Assembly: GCA_036268855.1 (NCBI GenBank)
Contig: DATATJ010000092.1
Location: forward strand, 1 to 54,198
Length of the DNA stretch: 54,198 nucleotides
Direction of reading: 5' to 3'
DNA from: Vicinamibacterales bacterium
Lineage (GTDB): Bacteria > Acidobacteriota > Vicinamibacteria > Vicinamibacterales > CAVVIG01
Below the pieces are notes generated by a model. The model had not been told where the DNA came from. It worked only from the letters and a program-made list of their open reading frames with translations, and ran no database searches. A program made the position numbers and the translations under genes. Of the stretch, positions 8,708-16,735 are shown piece by piece (the stretch's first letter is position 1; the number at the start of each line of letters is the position of its first letter).

Positions 8708-9046
8708 TCAACGTACTGACGCGCATGGCGCGGCCGACGCATCGATCATCGCGGGCGGCGCCGCAGAGCGCCGCAGCATGAGCCGTTCGGCCTCATAGAC
8801 GGGCCGCTCGGCCGTTCCCGCTTCGACGTGCAGGCGCTCGTGCGCGATGATGCCGGCCAGCTTGACGATCGCGCGCGAGCCACCGGCGACGGCCGCCCTG
8901 TACGCGTCCGACCACGCCGCGATGTAGATCGCCGGGTACCCGGGCACGACGTAGCCTTCGGCGTCGCCCGTCGCGCGCTCGGGCTTCACGCGGAGCGACA
9001 ACGCGCAAGGCGCCGTAAACGCGGCTGTCGCCGAGGTGCGGCGCAA
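8708..9046 (-). CDS. small hypothetical protein carrying an HExxH motif
   Basis: 112-aa ORF with high GC3. It contains ...AIYIAAWSDAYRAAVAGG...LAGIIAHERLHVEAG (H-E-R-L-H). No signal peptide and no recognised family. Confidence 0.4.
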   Translation of the reverse strand: MRRTSATAAFTAPCALSLRVKPERATGDAEGYVVPGYPAIYIAAWSDAYRAAVAGGSRAIVKLAGIIAHERLHVEAGTAERPVYEAERLMLRRSAAPPAMIDASAAPCASVR

Positions 9047-9127
9047 TGCCGTTGATTGCAGTGGGGAAACGTGAGGAGTAAAATCCCGGTCCTCTCGCCC
9101 AAGCCGTCATCAGGTGGAGTGCTCGCG

Positions 9128-11167
9128 ATGGAATGGAGCGCGGATTCGGCGCCTTCTCGCGGGCCCACCGCGGGACGGCTGGATTCGTGGAAGGAGATCG
9201 CCGCCTACCTGAGGCGCGATGTGACCACGGCTCAGCGCTGGGAAAAGCGCGAGGGCATGCCGGTCCATCGGCACCAGCACGACAAGCTCGGTTCGGTTTA
9301 CGCCTTTTCCAGCGAGCTCGACGCGTGGGCGGCCAGCCGAAAGCTGCGCGTCGGTTCCGACGAGGCGTCAGGCGCCGGCGACATTTCCCGGAAGGCGGCC
9401 GCTCCCACAGCGGTCAGCCGCCGTTTCGTCCCTGCGTTCGCGCTGGCGATCGTGCTGCTGGCGGCGGGTGGCACAGTTGCCGTCTGGCAGCTTCAGGCGG
9501 CCGACTACTTCTGGCGAAATCCGCTGGCGACGGCGCGATTCCAGCGCATCACTGAATTCGAAGGTACCGAACACTCGGCCGTGATCTCGCGCGACGGCAA
9601 GCTGGCGGCGTTCACTTCGTCTCGCGACGGCCAGGCCGACGTCTGGGTGACACAGATCGGGACCGGTCAGTTTCACAACCTGACGCGCGGTCATCTGACT
9701 GCGCTCGTGAACCAATCGATTCGCACGATGGAGTTCTCGCCGGATGCCGGCGTCGTCTCGTTCTGGGTGGGCAAATCAGACGAGGCGAAGGCACGCCAGA
9801 TCGGCCTCTGGGAGGTGCCGACTTTGAGCGGCGAGCCACAGCCGTATCTCGACGGCGTCGCCGAAATGACCTGGTCGCCCGATGGCCAGCGTTTCGTGTA
9901 TCACACGCCCGCAGCCGGCGATCCCCTCTTCGTGAAGGCCGACGGCGCCGCCGCGCGCTTGATCTTTGTGGCGCCACCACCGCAGCACAGTCATTTTCCG
10001 ACCTGGTCGCCCGATGGATCGTTCATCTACTTCGTGCGTGGCAACGTGCCCGACGAGATGGACATCTGGCGGATCCGGTCGACGGGCGGTTCCCCGGAAC
10101 GGATCACGTTTCACAATTCGCGCGTGAGCCACCCGACGCTGGTCGATCCATCCACGCTGCTGTACCTCGCGTCCGCCGCGGACGGCTTCGGTCCGTCGAT
10201 CTACGGGCTCGATCTGGAGCGGCGCGTTCCGCATCGCATCAGCTCCGGCGTCGAGCGATACACGTCGCTGGCCGCCAGTGCCGACGGCCGCCGCCTGGTG
10301 GCAACCGTCGCGCGCCCCCGGACGTCGCTGTGGCGCGTCGCGCTCGCGACGCAGCCGGCCCAAATGGCGGATGCCCGCAAAATCGCGCTGCCCACCGCCC
10401 AGGGACGGCTGCCGAGGCTCGCGCCGGATTTCCTGCTGTATGTCGCCTCGAACGGGGGAACCGAAGGCATCTGGAAGTTCGTCGACAGGACCGCCACGCA
10501 GCTCTGGACGGGCCCGGCCGCGCGCATTGTCGGCGGACCTGCGATCGCGCCGGATGGACATCGCATCGCCTTCTCGGTCGAAGAAGGCGCGGCGGCGACG
10601 ACACGGCTGCTGGTGATGAACGCCGACGGGACCGATGTGCGAGCCGTCGCCGACTCGATGGGCTTTCGCGGCGCGCCGGCCTGGTCGCCCGACGGACAGT
10701 CGATCGTCATCGCGTTGAACGAGGGAGGGAAGCCGCGTCTGTTCCGCATCGCGCTGGCCACACGCTCGGTCACGCGGCTGGTGGACGAGTACGCGCTCGA
10801 TCCGGCATGGGCGCCATCAGGCGAGTTCCTGGTCTACTCAGGCATGGACATCGGCACGACGTTCCCGGTGAAAACGGTCTCATCCGCCGGCCGGCCATCG
10901 TCGGTGCCCGGCATGACCTTGAGCCGCGGCGCCAGACGATTCCGATTCCTCCCTGGGCAGGCGACGCTCGTGATCTTGCGGGGAGACGTCGATCACAAGG
11001 AGCTCTGGGCGGTTGATCTGCGGACGGGCGGCGAACGCCAGCTGACGAACTTTGGGCCCGACGTCCGGATCAGCGATTTCGACGTCTCGCCCGACGGCCG
11101 CGAGATCGTGTTCGAGCGGACGCAGGAAGACTCCGACGTCGTGCTGATCGATCGTCCGAAACAGTGA
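9128..11167 (+). CDS. TolB-like / PD40 beta-propeller repeat protein with N-terminal HTH-like segment and one TM helix
   Basis: Start is MEWSADS...RLDSWKEIAAYLRRDVTTAQRWEKREGMPVHR, then a TM helix (FVPAFALAIVLLAAGGTVAVW). Repeated SPDG/WSPDG propeller motifs follow (FSPDAG, WSPDGQRF, WSPDGSFIYF, APDGHRIAF, WSPDGQSIV, VSPDGREIVF). Confidence 0.8.
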   Translation: MEWSADSAPSRGPTAGRLDSWKEIAAYLRRDVTTAQRWEKREGMPVHRHQHDKLGSVYAFSSELDAWAASRKLRVGSDEASGAGDISRKAAAPTAVSRRFVPAFALAIVLLAAGGTVAVWQLQAADYFWRNPLATARFQRITEFEGTEHSAVISRDGKLAAFTSSRDGQADVWVTQIGTGQFHNLTRGHLTALVNQSIRTMEFSPDAGVVSFWVGKSDEAKARQIGLWEVPTLSGEPQPYLDGVAEMTWSPDGQRFVYHTPAAGDPLFVKADGAAARLIFVAPPPQHSHFPTWSPDGSFIYFVRGNVPDEMDIWRIRSTGGSPERITFHNSRVSHPTLVDPSTLLYLASAADGFGPSIYGLDLERRVPHRISSGVERYTSLAASADGRRLVATVARPRTSLWRVALATQPAQMADARKIALPTAQGRLPRLAPDFLLYVASNGGTEGIWKFVDRTATQLWTGPAARIVGGPAIAPDGHRIAFSVEEGAAATTRLLVMNADGTDVRAVADSMGFRGAPAWSPDGQSIVIALNEGGKPRLFRIALATRSVTRLVDEYALDPAWAPSGEFLVYSGMDIGTTFPVKTVSSAGRPSSVPGMTLSRGARRFRFLPGQATLVILRGDVDHKELWAVDLRTGGERQLTNFGPDVRISDFDVSPDGREIVFERTQEDSDVVLIDRPKQ

Positions 11168-11265
11168 TGGCCGCAGATCGCTCTCAACCAGGACGACACG
11201 AAGGGCACCAAGTGGCCTGATGTCGCCGTCGCGTCGCGCGGGCGTCGGCGTCGTACACTACGAGG

Positions 11266-11667
11266 ATGCGTCTTCGTGCGGCGGTCCTTATGGCGTGCCT
11301 GTGTGTCTGGAGCGCGGTCGCGCAGGCTCAAGCGGTCCGGATTGTCGGCACCGTTCGAGACGACACCGGCGCGCCCCTGCCAGGCGTTTCCGTAGAATTA
11401 CGTGCCGCATCCGGCTCGACACAGTCGGCCATCACCGATCGCGCAGGCGCGTTTGAATTTCGACGCCTGGCGCCAGACACCTACAAGGCAGGTAAGCACG
11501 CCAAGATCGGAGTGGACGTGTTCAACCTGCTCAACGCTGTGGACAGCGACATCGACTACTTCTATGCCTCACGGCTGCCGGGCGAACCGCTCGACGGCAT
11601 CGACGACATCCACACGCATCCGACCCTGCCGCGCAGCGCCCGCATCAGCCTGAGTGTCGGCTTCTGA
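11266..11667 (+). pseudogene. internally deleted TonB-dependent receptor remnant (CarboxypepD_reg N-terminus fused in frame to the last barrel strands)
   Basis: Signal peptide plus VRIVGTVRDDTGAPLPGVSVELRAASGSTQSAITDRAGAFEFRRLAPDTYK, joined near nt 11488 to KIGVDVFNLLNAVDSDIDYFYASRLPGEPLDGIDDIHTHPTLPRSARISLSVGF (TBDR C-terminus with terminal Phe). The plug and about 20 barrel strands are missing. Confidence 0.6.
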
Positions 11668-11671
11668 GCCC

Positions 11672-11703
11672 ACGCCACCCGCGATCTCACTCGCGGGTGG
11701 CGT
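11672..11703. terminator. perfect 13-bp stem hairpin between convergent genes (candidate bidirectional terminator)
   Basis: ACGCCACCCGCGA (11672-11684), loop TCTCAC, TCGCGGGTGGCGT (11691-11703). It lies 5 nt after the stop of the 11266-11667 ORF and 25 nt after the mgtE stop. Confidence 0.6.
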
Positions 11704-11727
11704 CAGTGTTCGGCGGTACCACGCCGC

Positions 11728-13080
11728 TCACACGAGCCAACGCGCGAGCAGCGTCGCCATCCAGAGGAACACCGTGAAGCCGATCACGTCCTGGAACGCG
11801 GTCTCGAATGGTCCCGCCGTGGTGGCCGGATCGAATCCGCACCGCTTCGAGATCATCGGGATCACGGTTCCCATGGCGCCGGCCGTCACGACCGCGCACG
11901 CCATCGCTGCGCCGACGACGAGGCCGAACGGCGCATGCCGCGACCACGCGATGGCCACGAGCGCCACCGCCGCGCCGGCCACGAGCGCAATCGTCAACGC
12001 CGTGGCGAGCTCGCGCCGGAGCGCGCTGGACCAATGCTCGAGTGACACATGCCCTGTGTCGAGCCCGCGCACCACAATCGCGGCGGCCTGCAACCCGACA
12101 TTGCCGGACACTGCCGAGATCACCGGCATGAACGAGGCGAGCAGGATCACCTCGCGAAGCACGGCGTCAAAGCGCGCGATGATTGCCCCGGCGCACAGCT
12201 CGATCGCCATCGTGCCGAGCAGCCAAGGCAGCCGGAGCCGCGCCACCTGCACCGGTGTCCGCCGATCCATCTCTGCCGCATCCGAGCCGATCAGGCGCGC
12301 GTAGTCCTCGTCGAACTCCTCGGACAGCACGTCGAGCACATCGTCCACTGTCACGATGCCGATCACCCGTCCGTCGGAATCGACGACCGGCAGCGCCAGC
12401 AGGTCGTAGCGGCTGATCGCCTGTGCCACCTCCTGTTGATCGGTCTCGGGGCCGACGGTGACGAGCTCGCGCGTCATGATCGCGTCCACGCGCGCGGGCG
12501 CGTCGGCGATAAGGAGCTCACGAATGCTGCAGGCGCCCGCAAGCCGGCCGTCAGATCCGACGACGTAAATCGTCGTGATGGTCTCGACCGCCTGGGCCAC
12601 CGCGCGGACGTACTCGAGCGTCAGCCCCACGGACGTCTCGCCGGGGACGACGGGGAATTTCGTGGTCATCAGGCGTCCAGCGGAGTGCTCAGGATAGAGC
12701 AGCAGCTGTTCGACGTCGTGCGCGCTCGCATTTGGCATCGACGCCAGCACGCGCTGGCCGAGCTCGCCGGCGCCGGCGACGACATCGGCCATGTCGTCCA
12801 TCGGCAGCCGGCGCAGGAGCGCGAGAATGCGATCGCCGGGAGCGTATCGCAGCAAATGCCGGCTCGTCGTCGGCGCGACCTGCGCCAGCGCCTCGGCGGC
12901 GCGCTCGTCGTCGAGAATCGCAAACACACGTTCGGCTTCCGGCAACGTCAGCTCGTCGAGAATGGCGGCGAGGTCCGACGGGTGAAACGTCGCCATCAGG
13001 TCGGCCACGGCTGCGGTGTTCATCACGCCGCGGCGCTCGCCGAGCGCCTGGCGGATCCTGTGAATGAGGTCTTCGTACAT
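11728..13080 (-). CDS. mgtE: magnesium transporter MgtE
   Basis: 450 aa. The N-domain (HPSDLAAILDEL), tandem CBS region and C-terminal TM domain (GNVGLQAAAIVVRGL...PFETAFQDVIG) are characteristic of MgtE. Confidence 0.95.
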   Translation of the reverse strand: MYEDLIHRIRQALGERRGVMNTAAVADLMATFHPSDLAAILDELTLPEAERVFAILDDERAAEALAQVAPTTSRHLLRYAPGDRILALLRRLPMDDMADVVAGAGELGQRVLASMPNASAHDVEQLLLYPEHSAGRLMTTKFPVVPGETSVGLTLEYVRAVAQAVETITTIYVVGSDGRLAGACSIRELLIADAPARVDAIMTRELVTVGPETDQQEVAQAISRYDLLALPVVDSDGRVIGIVTVDDVLDVLSEEFDEDYARLIGSDAAEMDRRTPVQVARLRLPWLLGTMAIELCAGAIIARFDAVLREVILLASFMPVISAVSGNVGLQAAAIVVRGLDTGHVSLEHWSSALRRELATALTIALVAGAAVALVAIAWSRHAPFGLVVGAAMACAVVTAGAMGTVIPMISKRCGFDPATTAGPFETAFQDVIGFTVFLWMATLLARWLV

Positions 13081-13295
13081 GGCTCCCCTCCATTGGCAGA
13101 AAGGGACGCGGCATCAGGGAGCGAAAAAGAGAGGCGGAGGGGCGGTCGGGTCGGCTCCCACATCTCGACGGCTGACGAAGCCTATCGGACGCAGGACGTC
13201 AACAGCGGGATGTCGTCAGCGGGAAGGCTTGATCAGCACACACGAATCGCAACGCCTACTACCATCGTCAGTCATCGAATCATCTCCAACGCTTT

Positions 13296-13649
13296 TCAGG
13301 GTAACGTGTTTGATGGAACGCGTCCAGCCGAAAGCGACGTCTGCGCGGCCCGCTCCGTGTCGTCCACCGGAACCTCGAAGAAGGCTGGATAGAGCGTCAC
13401 CACACCGAGAGGGAAGTTGGTCGCGGCGTAAGCTTCGCGATGCCCGACGTACAGGTTCCACCAGTTGTCCGTCGTCCTGTAGTTCGCAAAGTGACGCAGC
13501 GTCATTGTCTCTTTCGCGAAGTCCGCCTGTTGCAGCGGTCCGATCGCCTGCTCGACGAGCAGCCGCAGTGCCGGACCGATGGCATCGGACGTGAGCAGCA
13601 GCGAGTGCGACCAGAGGAAGTCAGCGCGAGCGTGACGCCGACGAGCCAC
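13296..13649 (-). CDS. hypothetical protein (possibly a fragment)
   Basis: 117-aa ORF with a GTG start and strongly GC3-biased codons. No signal peptide and no family recognised (…NWWNLYVGHREAYAATNFPLGVVTLYPAFFEVP…). Confidence 0.4.
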   Translation of the reverse strand: MARRRHARADFLWSHSLLLTSDAIGPALRLLVEQAIGPLQQADFAKETMTLRHFANYRTTDNWWNLYVGHREAYAATNFPLGVVTLYPAFFEVPVDDTERAAQTSLSAGRVPSNTLP

Positions 13650-13909
13650 GACACTCGCCGCCGAATGCCCGAAGCGGCCGCTACGCTCATTGGGCTCTTT
13701 GTCGATCGACGGCTGACCTGTCGGCTGATTCAGGGGTTCTCATCGTTATCGGCCGATTGTCGCCGGTACATGCGGTCGAAGCGTCCTCGGAAGTGGGCAG
13801 CAGCGCTGAAGCTGTTTACAAAATACCGATAAATCGGCCGGATCGAGCGAATCTGGACGCTGGCTGCGCTGGCACACGTCTCGCCGTGTCCAACCGCGAG
13901 GAGGCGGCC

Positions 13910-14242
13910 ATGAGACGTTACATCGCACTCTCGACAATGACGCTGATGTTGGGGACCGTGTTTGTCCCGGCGGCCCAAGCCAGCCCACAGGTCTCGGTGC
14001 AGATCGGTCCGTCTGCGTCATTCGCTCCGTACGGCGCATCGATCTGGATAGCCGGTCACTACGTCTGGACAGGCTTCGGCAATCGATGGGTGCCGGGCGC
14101 CTGGGTGGCGCGCGGCCACGGGCGTTACGAGCGGCCACTGCGATTCGAGAGGGAGCGTTTCTACCGCGAGCGCGACCGTCGGTGGGATCGCGGACGGCGC
14201 GATCGAGACCGCGACCGCGATCGCCGGAATTGGCGGCGATAA
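13910..14242 (+). CDS. secreted protein with WxxGxW/YxW-type repeat and Arg/Asp-rich tail
   Basis: GAGGAGG lies 6 nt before ATG 13910. MRRYIALSTMTLMLGTVFVPAAQA is a signal peptide. HYVWTGFGNRWVPGAWVARGHG resembles YXWGXW-repeat proteins. The tail is RERDRRWDRGRRDRDRDRDRRNWRR. Confidence 0.6.
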   Translation: MRRYIALSTMTLMLGTVFVPAAQASPQVSVQIGPSASFAPYGASIWIAGHYVWTGFGNRWVPGAWVARGHGRYERPLRFERERFYRERDRRWDRGRRDRDRDRDRRNWRR

Positions 14243-14366
14243 ACTCGCCCGGCGGTCGCAGCGGGGGCGGGCGCGTTGAGCGCCCTGCCCTCAGCGACTG
14301 AAGGCGACGTTGAATCTCCGTTGGCGGCCCTGATGGAGGCGAGGAGCTCAACCGATAAGCAGCGCC

Positions 14367-14693
14367 GTGGGTGCTCAGCGCTGGACATTTCTTCGCGGTG
14401 ACACGCGCCTGGATCTCTCGCGTGAAGAAACGCGCACGGGTGTAAACCTCATCGTCGTCTCTGGCGGCGTCTCTCGAGCGTTTTCATTCGCCGATATCGA
14501 GCGCCTCGTGCAGTTTCAGTCGGACATGGAGTCCTTGCTCGTGCGAACGGGCTGGAGCCTCAGCCAGTTCGCACCCGAACGCCGGGCGGGCGGCGAGCGC
14601 CGGCATTTTCCCCGTCTCACCGAGCGGCGCCGCTGGTGGACCGACACCGTGCGGCTGTTCACCGCACCGGCGAAGACGCCGAAAAGCCTCTAA
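14367..14693 (+). CDS. hypothetical protein
   Basis: 108-aa ORF with a GTG start: WTFLRGDTRLDLSREE...VSRAFSFADIERLVQFQSDMESLLVRTGWSLSQFAPERR...RRRWW. It resembles small conserved hypotheticals I recall from GC-rich diderms. No function known. Confidence 0.45.
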   Translation: MGAQRWTFLRGDTRLDLSREETRTGVNLIVVSGGVSRAFSFADIERLVQFQSDMESLLVRTGWSLSQFAPERRAGGERRHFPRLTERRRWWTDTVRLFTAPAKTPKSL

Positions 14694-14699
14694 ACGCGG

Positions 14700-15149
14700 C
14701 CGACGGTCGGCGCTTCCTCCGTCGTTTCCAATCGGGCCGTCGTACGGGCGCCGGCCGCGCTTCCGGTCACTCGCCGCGCGCCTATCTCGTCACGCTGGTG
14801 ACGCGATTGTGTTTCAACGAGCTCGAGTCGGCGAAAACCCGGCGAGAAGAGCGCCGCGGCGATCGGCTACCGGAGTCGGTCGAAGCCTCTCAAGGGGACG
14901 CGCCGGATCGCGTCGTTCGTGGTGGCCTCGGCGCGCAGCATCGATCTCGAAGCCGAAGTCCACGAGCTCAACGGCCAGCCGGCGCTCGTCTTCTACCACG
15001 AGAACGCGCCGTTCGCCGCACTGCTGCTCGCCGTCGCGGACGACCGCGTCCACCGTGTGTCCTTCCACGCGGATGCCGAGCACCTGCGGCATCTCGGTCC
15101 GCGACTCGCTCGACCGTTGGATACTCGAGCAATGGACCGCTCGAGCTGA
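14700..15149 (+). pseudogene. remnant of a SigJ-like (sigma-70 family with SnoaL-like C-terminus) sigma factor
   Basis: One frame gives FLRRFQ...SPRAYLVTLVTRLCFNELESAKTRREERRGDRLPE (end of sigma region 2). From about 14919 another frame gives ARSIDLEAEVHELNGQPALVFYHENAPFAALLLAVADDRVHRVSFHADAEHLRHL (last part of a SnoaL-like domain). Region 4 and half of the C-domain are absent. Confidence 0.45.
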
Positions 15150-15275
15150 AGTCGCGATCGGCCGGAGTGGCAGACCCTTCCATCTGCAGCTCGGCCTCGG
15201 AAGCGCTCGACGAAAGCCTCCGCGCTCTGTCTGTGGCCGAGGTCTTAGATTTTGCAGATCTTTGGGAAGGAACCG

Positions 15276-15428
15276 ATGATTCGTAAACTGAAATCCGGAG
15301 AGTATCGACTGTACTCGCGGAAGCGCGATCCGAAGACCGGACATCGCCGGAATCTCGGAACGTTCGGCAGCCGCGCAGCGGCCGAGCGGCACGAGCGAGC
15401 GGTCCAGTTCTTCAAGAGCCGAGGCTAG
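15276..15428 (+). CDS. small conserved-looking basic protein (50 aa), missed by the ORF track
   Basis: GGAAGG lies 7 nt upstream of ATG 15276. The product is MIRKLKSGEYRLYSRKRDPKTGHRRNLGTFGSRAAAERHERAVQFFKSRG, ending at TAG 15426-15428. It resembles a widespread ~50-aa family I recall (MIRKLKSGEYRLYSRK...NLGTF...A..HER.VQ.FK). Confidence 0.6.
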   Translation: MIRKLKSGEYRLYSRKRDPKTGHRRNLGTFGSRAAAERHERAVQFFKSRG

Positions 15429-16707
15429 CGCGTCCGGCGCTCTCGAACCGACCGGCCAGAATGGCGCGGCCCGCCAGCCCCAACGCCAGCAGCACCAGCG
15501 CCGCCGCACCATTGATCGTGTCGCCTGCCAGGATGCCGACTAGCACCGCGACGGCGCCGACGAATACGATCCCGGCCGACCAGGGATAACCCCATGCCAC
15601 GAACGGTCGCGCCCGCGCCGGCTCCCGCCGGCGGATGACGATGAGCGCCAGGCAACAGATGCCGTAGTTCACGGCGAGGAAACACGCCGTAATCGCGACG
15701 AGCCGCTGAAACGTCCCGCTGACGATCAACGCCACTGCGACCACCGTCGTCGCCACCGTCGCCGTCGTCGGGGTTCCACCGGCGCTGACCGTTGACGCCC
15801 CTCTCCACAACAGGCCGTCGCGCCCCATCGCGAAGAGAATGCGCGTGCCGATCATGAGAATGGCGTTGAGCATCGGGGGAAGTGACACCAGAGAGAGGAT
15901 TGTCACGATCTGAAGCCCGCGCGGACCGACGAGCACGCGTGCCGCGTCGGCCGCCGGCAGCGTGGAGCGCGCCAGGTCGGGAATCGACAAGACCGACAGG
16001 AGCGCGACGTTGACCAGCAGATAGACGACGATCACCGACAGGACCCCGCCGATCATCGATCGTGGGATGTTCGTGCTCGGATCGCGATCTTCTTCGGAGA
16101 AGTACAGCGCGCTCTGCCAGCCGCCATAGGTGATGATGATCGCCTGCAGCGCGACGATGAGGCCGGCGGCCGAGAGTGCCGGCGCGGCCCCGGCCGCGGC
16201 TGCCGGATGCCGAATCACGAACGCGGCCACGACCACCGCGAGAAACGCGACGAACTTGACGGCCGTCGCCACCTGCTGAAAGCGGCTGCTCACCTGGACG
16301 CCGGCCCACTGCAGGGCGACCAGCCCCACGAGCACGGCAATCGCGACGATCGTGACGAAGGGGGCGAGCGAGGGCACCAGGATCGCCGTGAACTCGCCGA
16401 TGCCGATGGACACGTAGCCGAGGACGGCGCAGTAGGTCAACCAGTCGGTCCACCCGACGGCGAATCCGATCGTGTCGCCGAACGCATGGCGGGCGTAAAC
16501 GTAGTAGCCGCCGGCCTTCGGCAGCATGGTGCCGAGCTCAGCGAAGCAGATCGCGCCGAGCAGCGTGTACAGACCGCCGACGGTCCACACGGCGAGCACG
16601 AACGCCGGGCTCGATAATTGGCCAGCGACGAGACCTGGCGTCCGGAGGATGCCGATGCCGAGCGTGCTGCCGACGATCACGGCGAGGCCGAAGCCGAGGC
16701 CGAGCAC
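15412..16707 (-). CDS. APC-family amino acid permease
   Basis: 12-TM-type sequence (LGLGFGLAVIVGSTLGIGILRTPG...FAELGTMLPKAGGYYVYA...). The start is uncertain: GTG 16707 is used here, and TTG codons at 16752-16767 are alternatives. The ORF-track N-terminus overlaps the cupin gene and is unlikely. Confidence 0.85.
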   Translation of the reverse strand: MLGLGFGLAVIVGSTLGIGILRTPGLVAGQLSSPAFVLAVWTVGGLYTLLGAICFAELGTMLPKAGGYYVYARHAFGDTIGFAVGWTDWLTYCAVLGYVSIGIGEFTAILVPSLAPFVTIVAIAVLVGLVALQWAGVQVSSRFQQVATAVKFVAFLAVVVAAFVIRHPAAAAGAAPALSAAGLIVALQAIIITYGGWQSALYFSEEDRDPSTNIPRSMIGGVLSVIVVYLLVNVALLSVLSIPDLARSTLPAADAARVLVGPRGLQIVTILSLVSLPPMLNAILMIGTRILFAMGRDGLLWRGASTVSAGGTPTTATVATTVVAVALIVSGTFQRLVAITACFLAVNYGICCLALIVIRRREPARARPFVAWGYPWSAGIVFVGAVAVLVGILAGDTINGAAALVLLALGLAGRAILAGRFESAGRASLGS

Positions 16708-16735
16708 GCGCCTCAGCCCGCGCGCGGGCGCTGCG

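Noticed and set aside
6888-8719. 598-aa (+, out of frame) and 434-aa (-) ORFs overlapping ggt
   Set aside because: ggt has the full gamma-glutamyltransferase signature in its own frame. The alternatives are Arg/Gly/Asp-rich frame shadows.
13171-13220. M-box-like strings (GACGC...GUCAACAG...AAGG) near mgtE
   Set aside because: They read this way only on the plus strand, which is antisense to mgtE. On the correct strand I cannot find the M-box consensus. The region is kept only as a generic structured-leader candidate.
14636-15286. 216-aa ORF treated as an intact gene
   Set aside because: Only about 55 residues resemble sigma region 2. The remainder is Arg-rich out-of-frame sequence, so it is better explained as a sigJ-like remnant.
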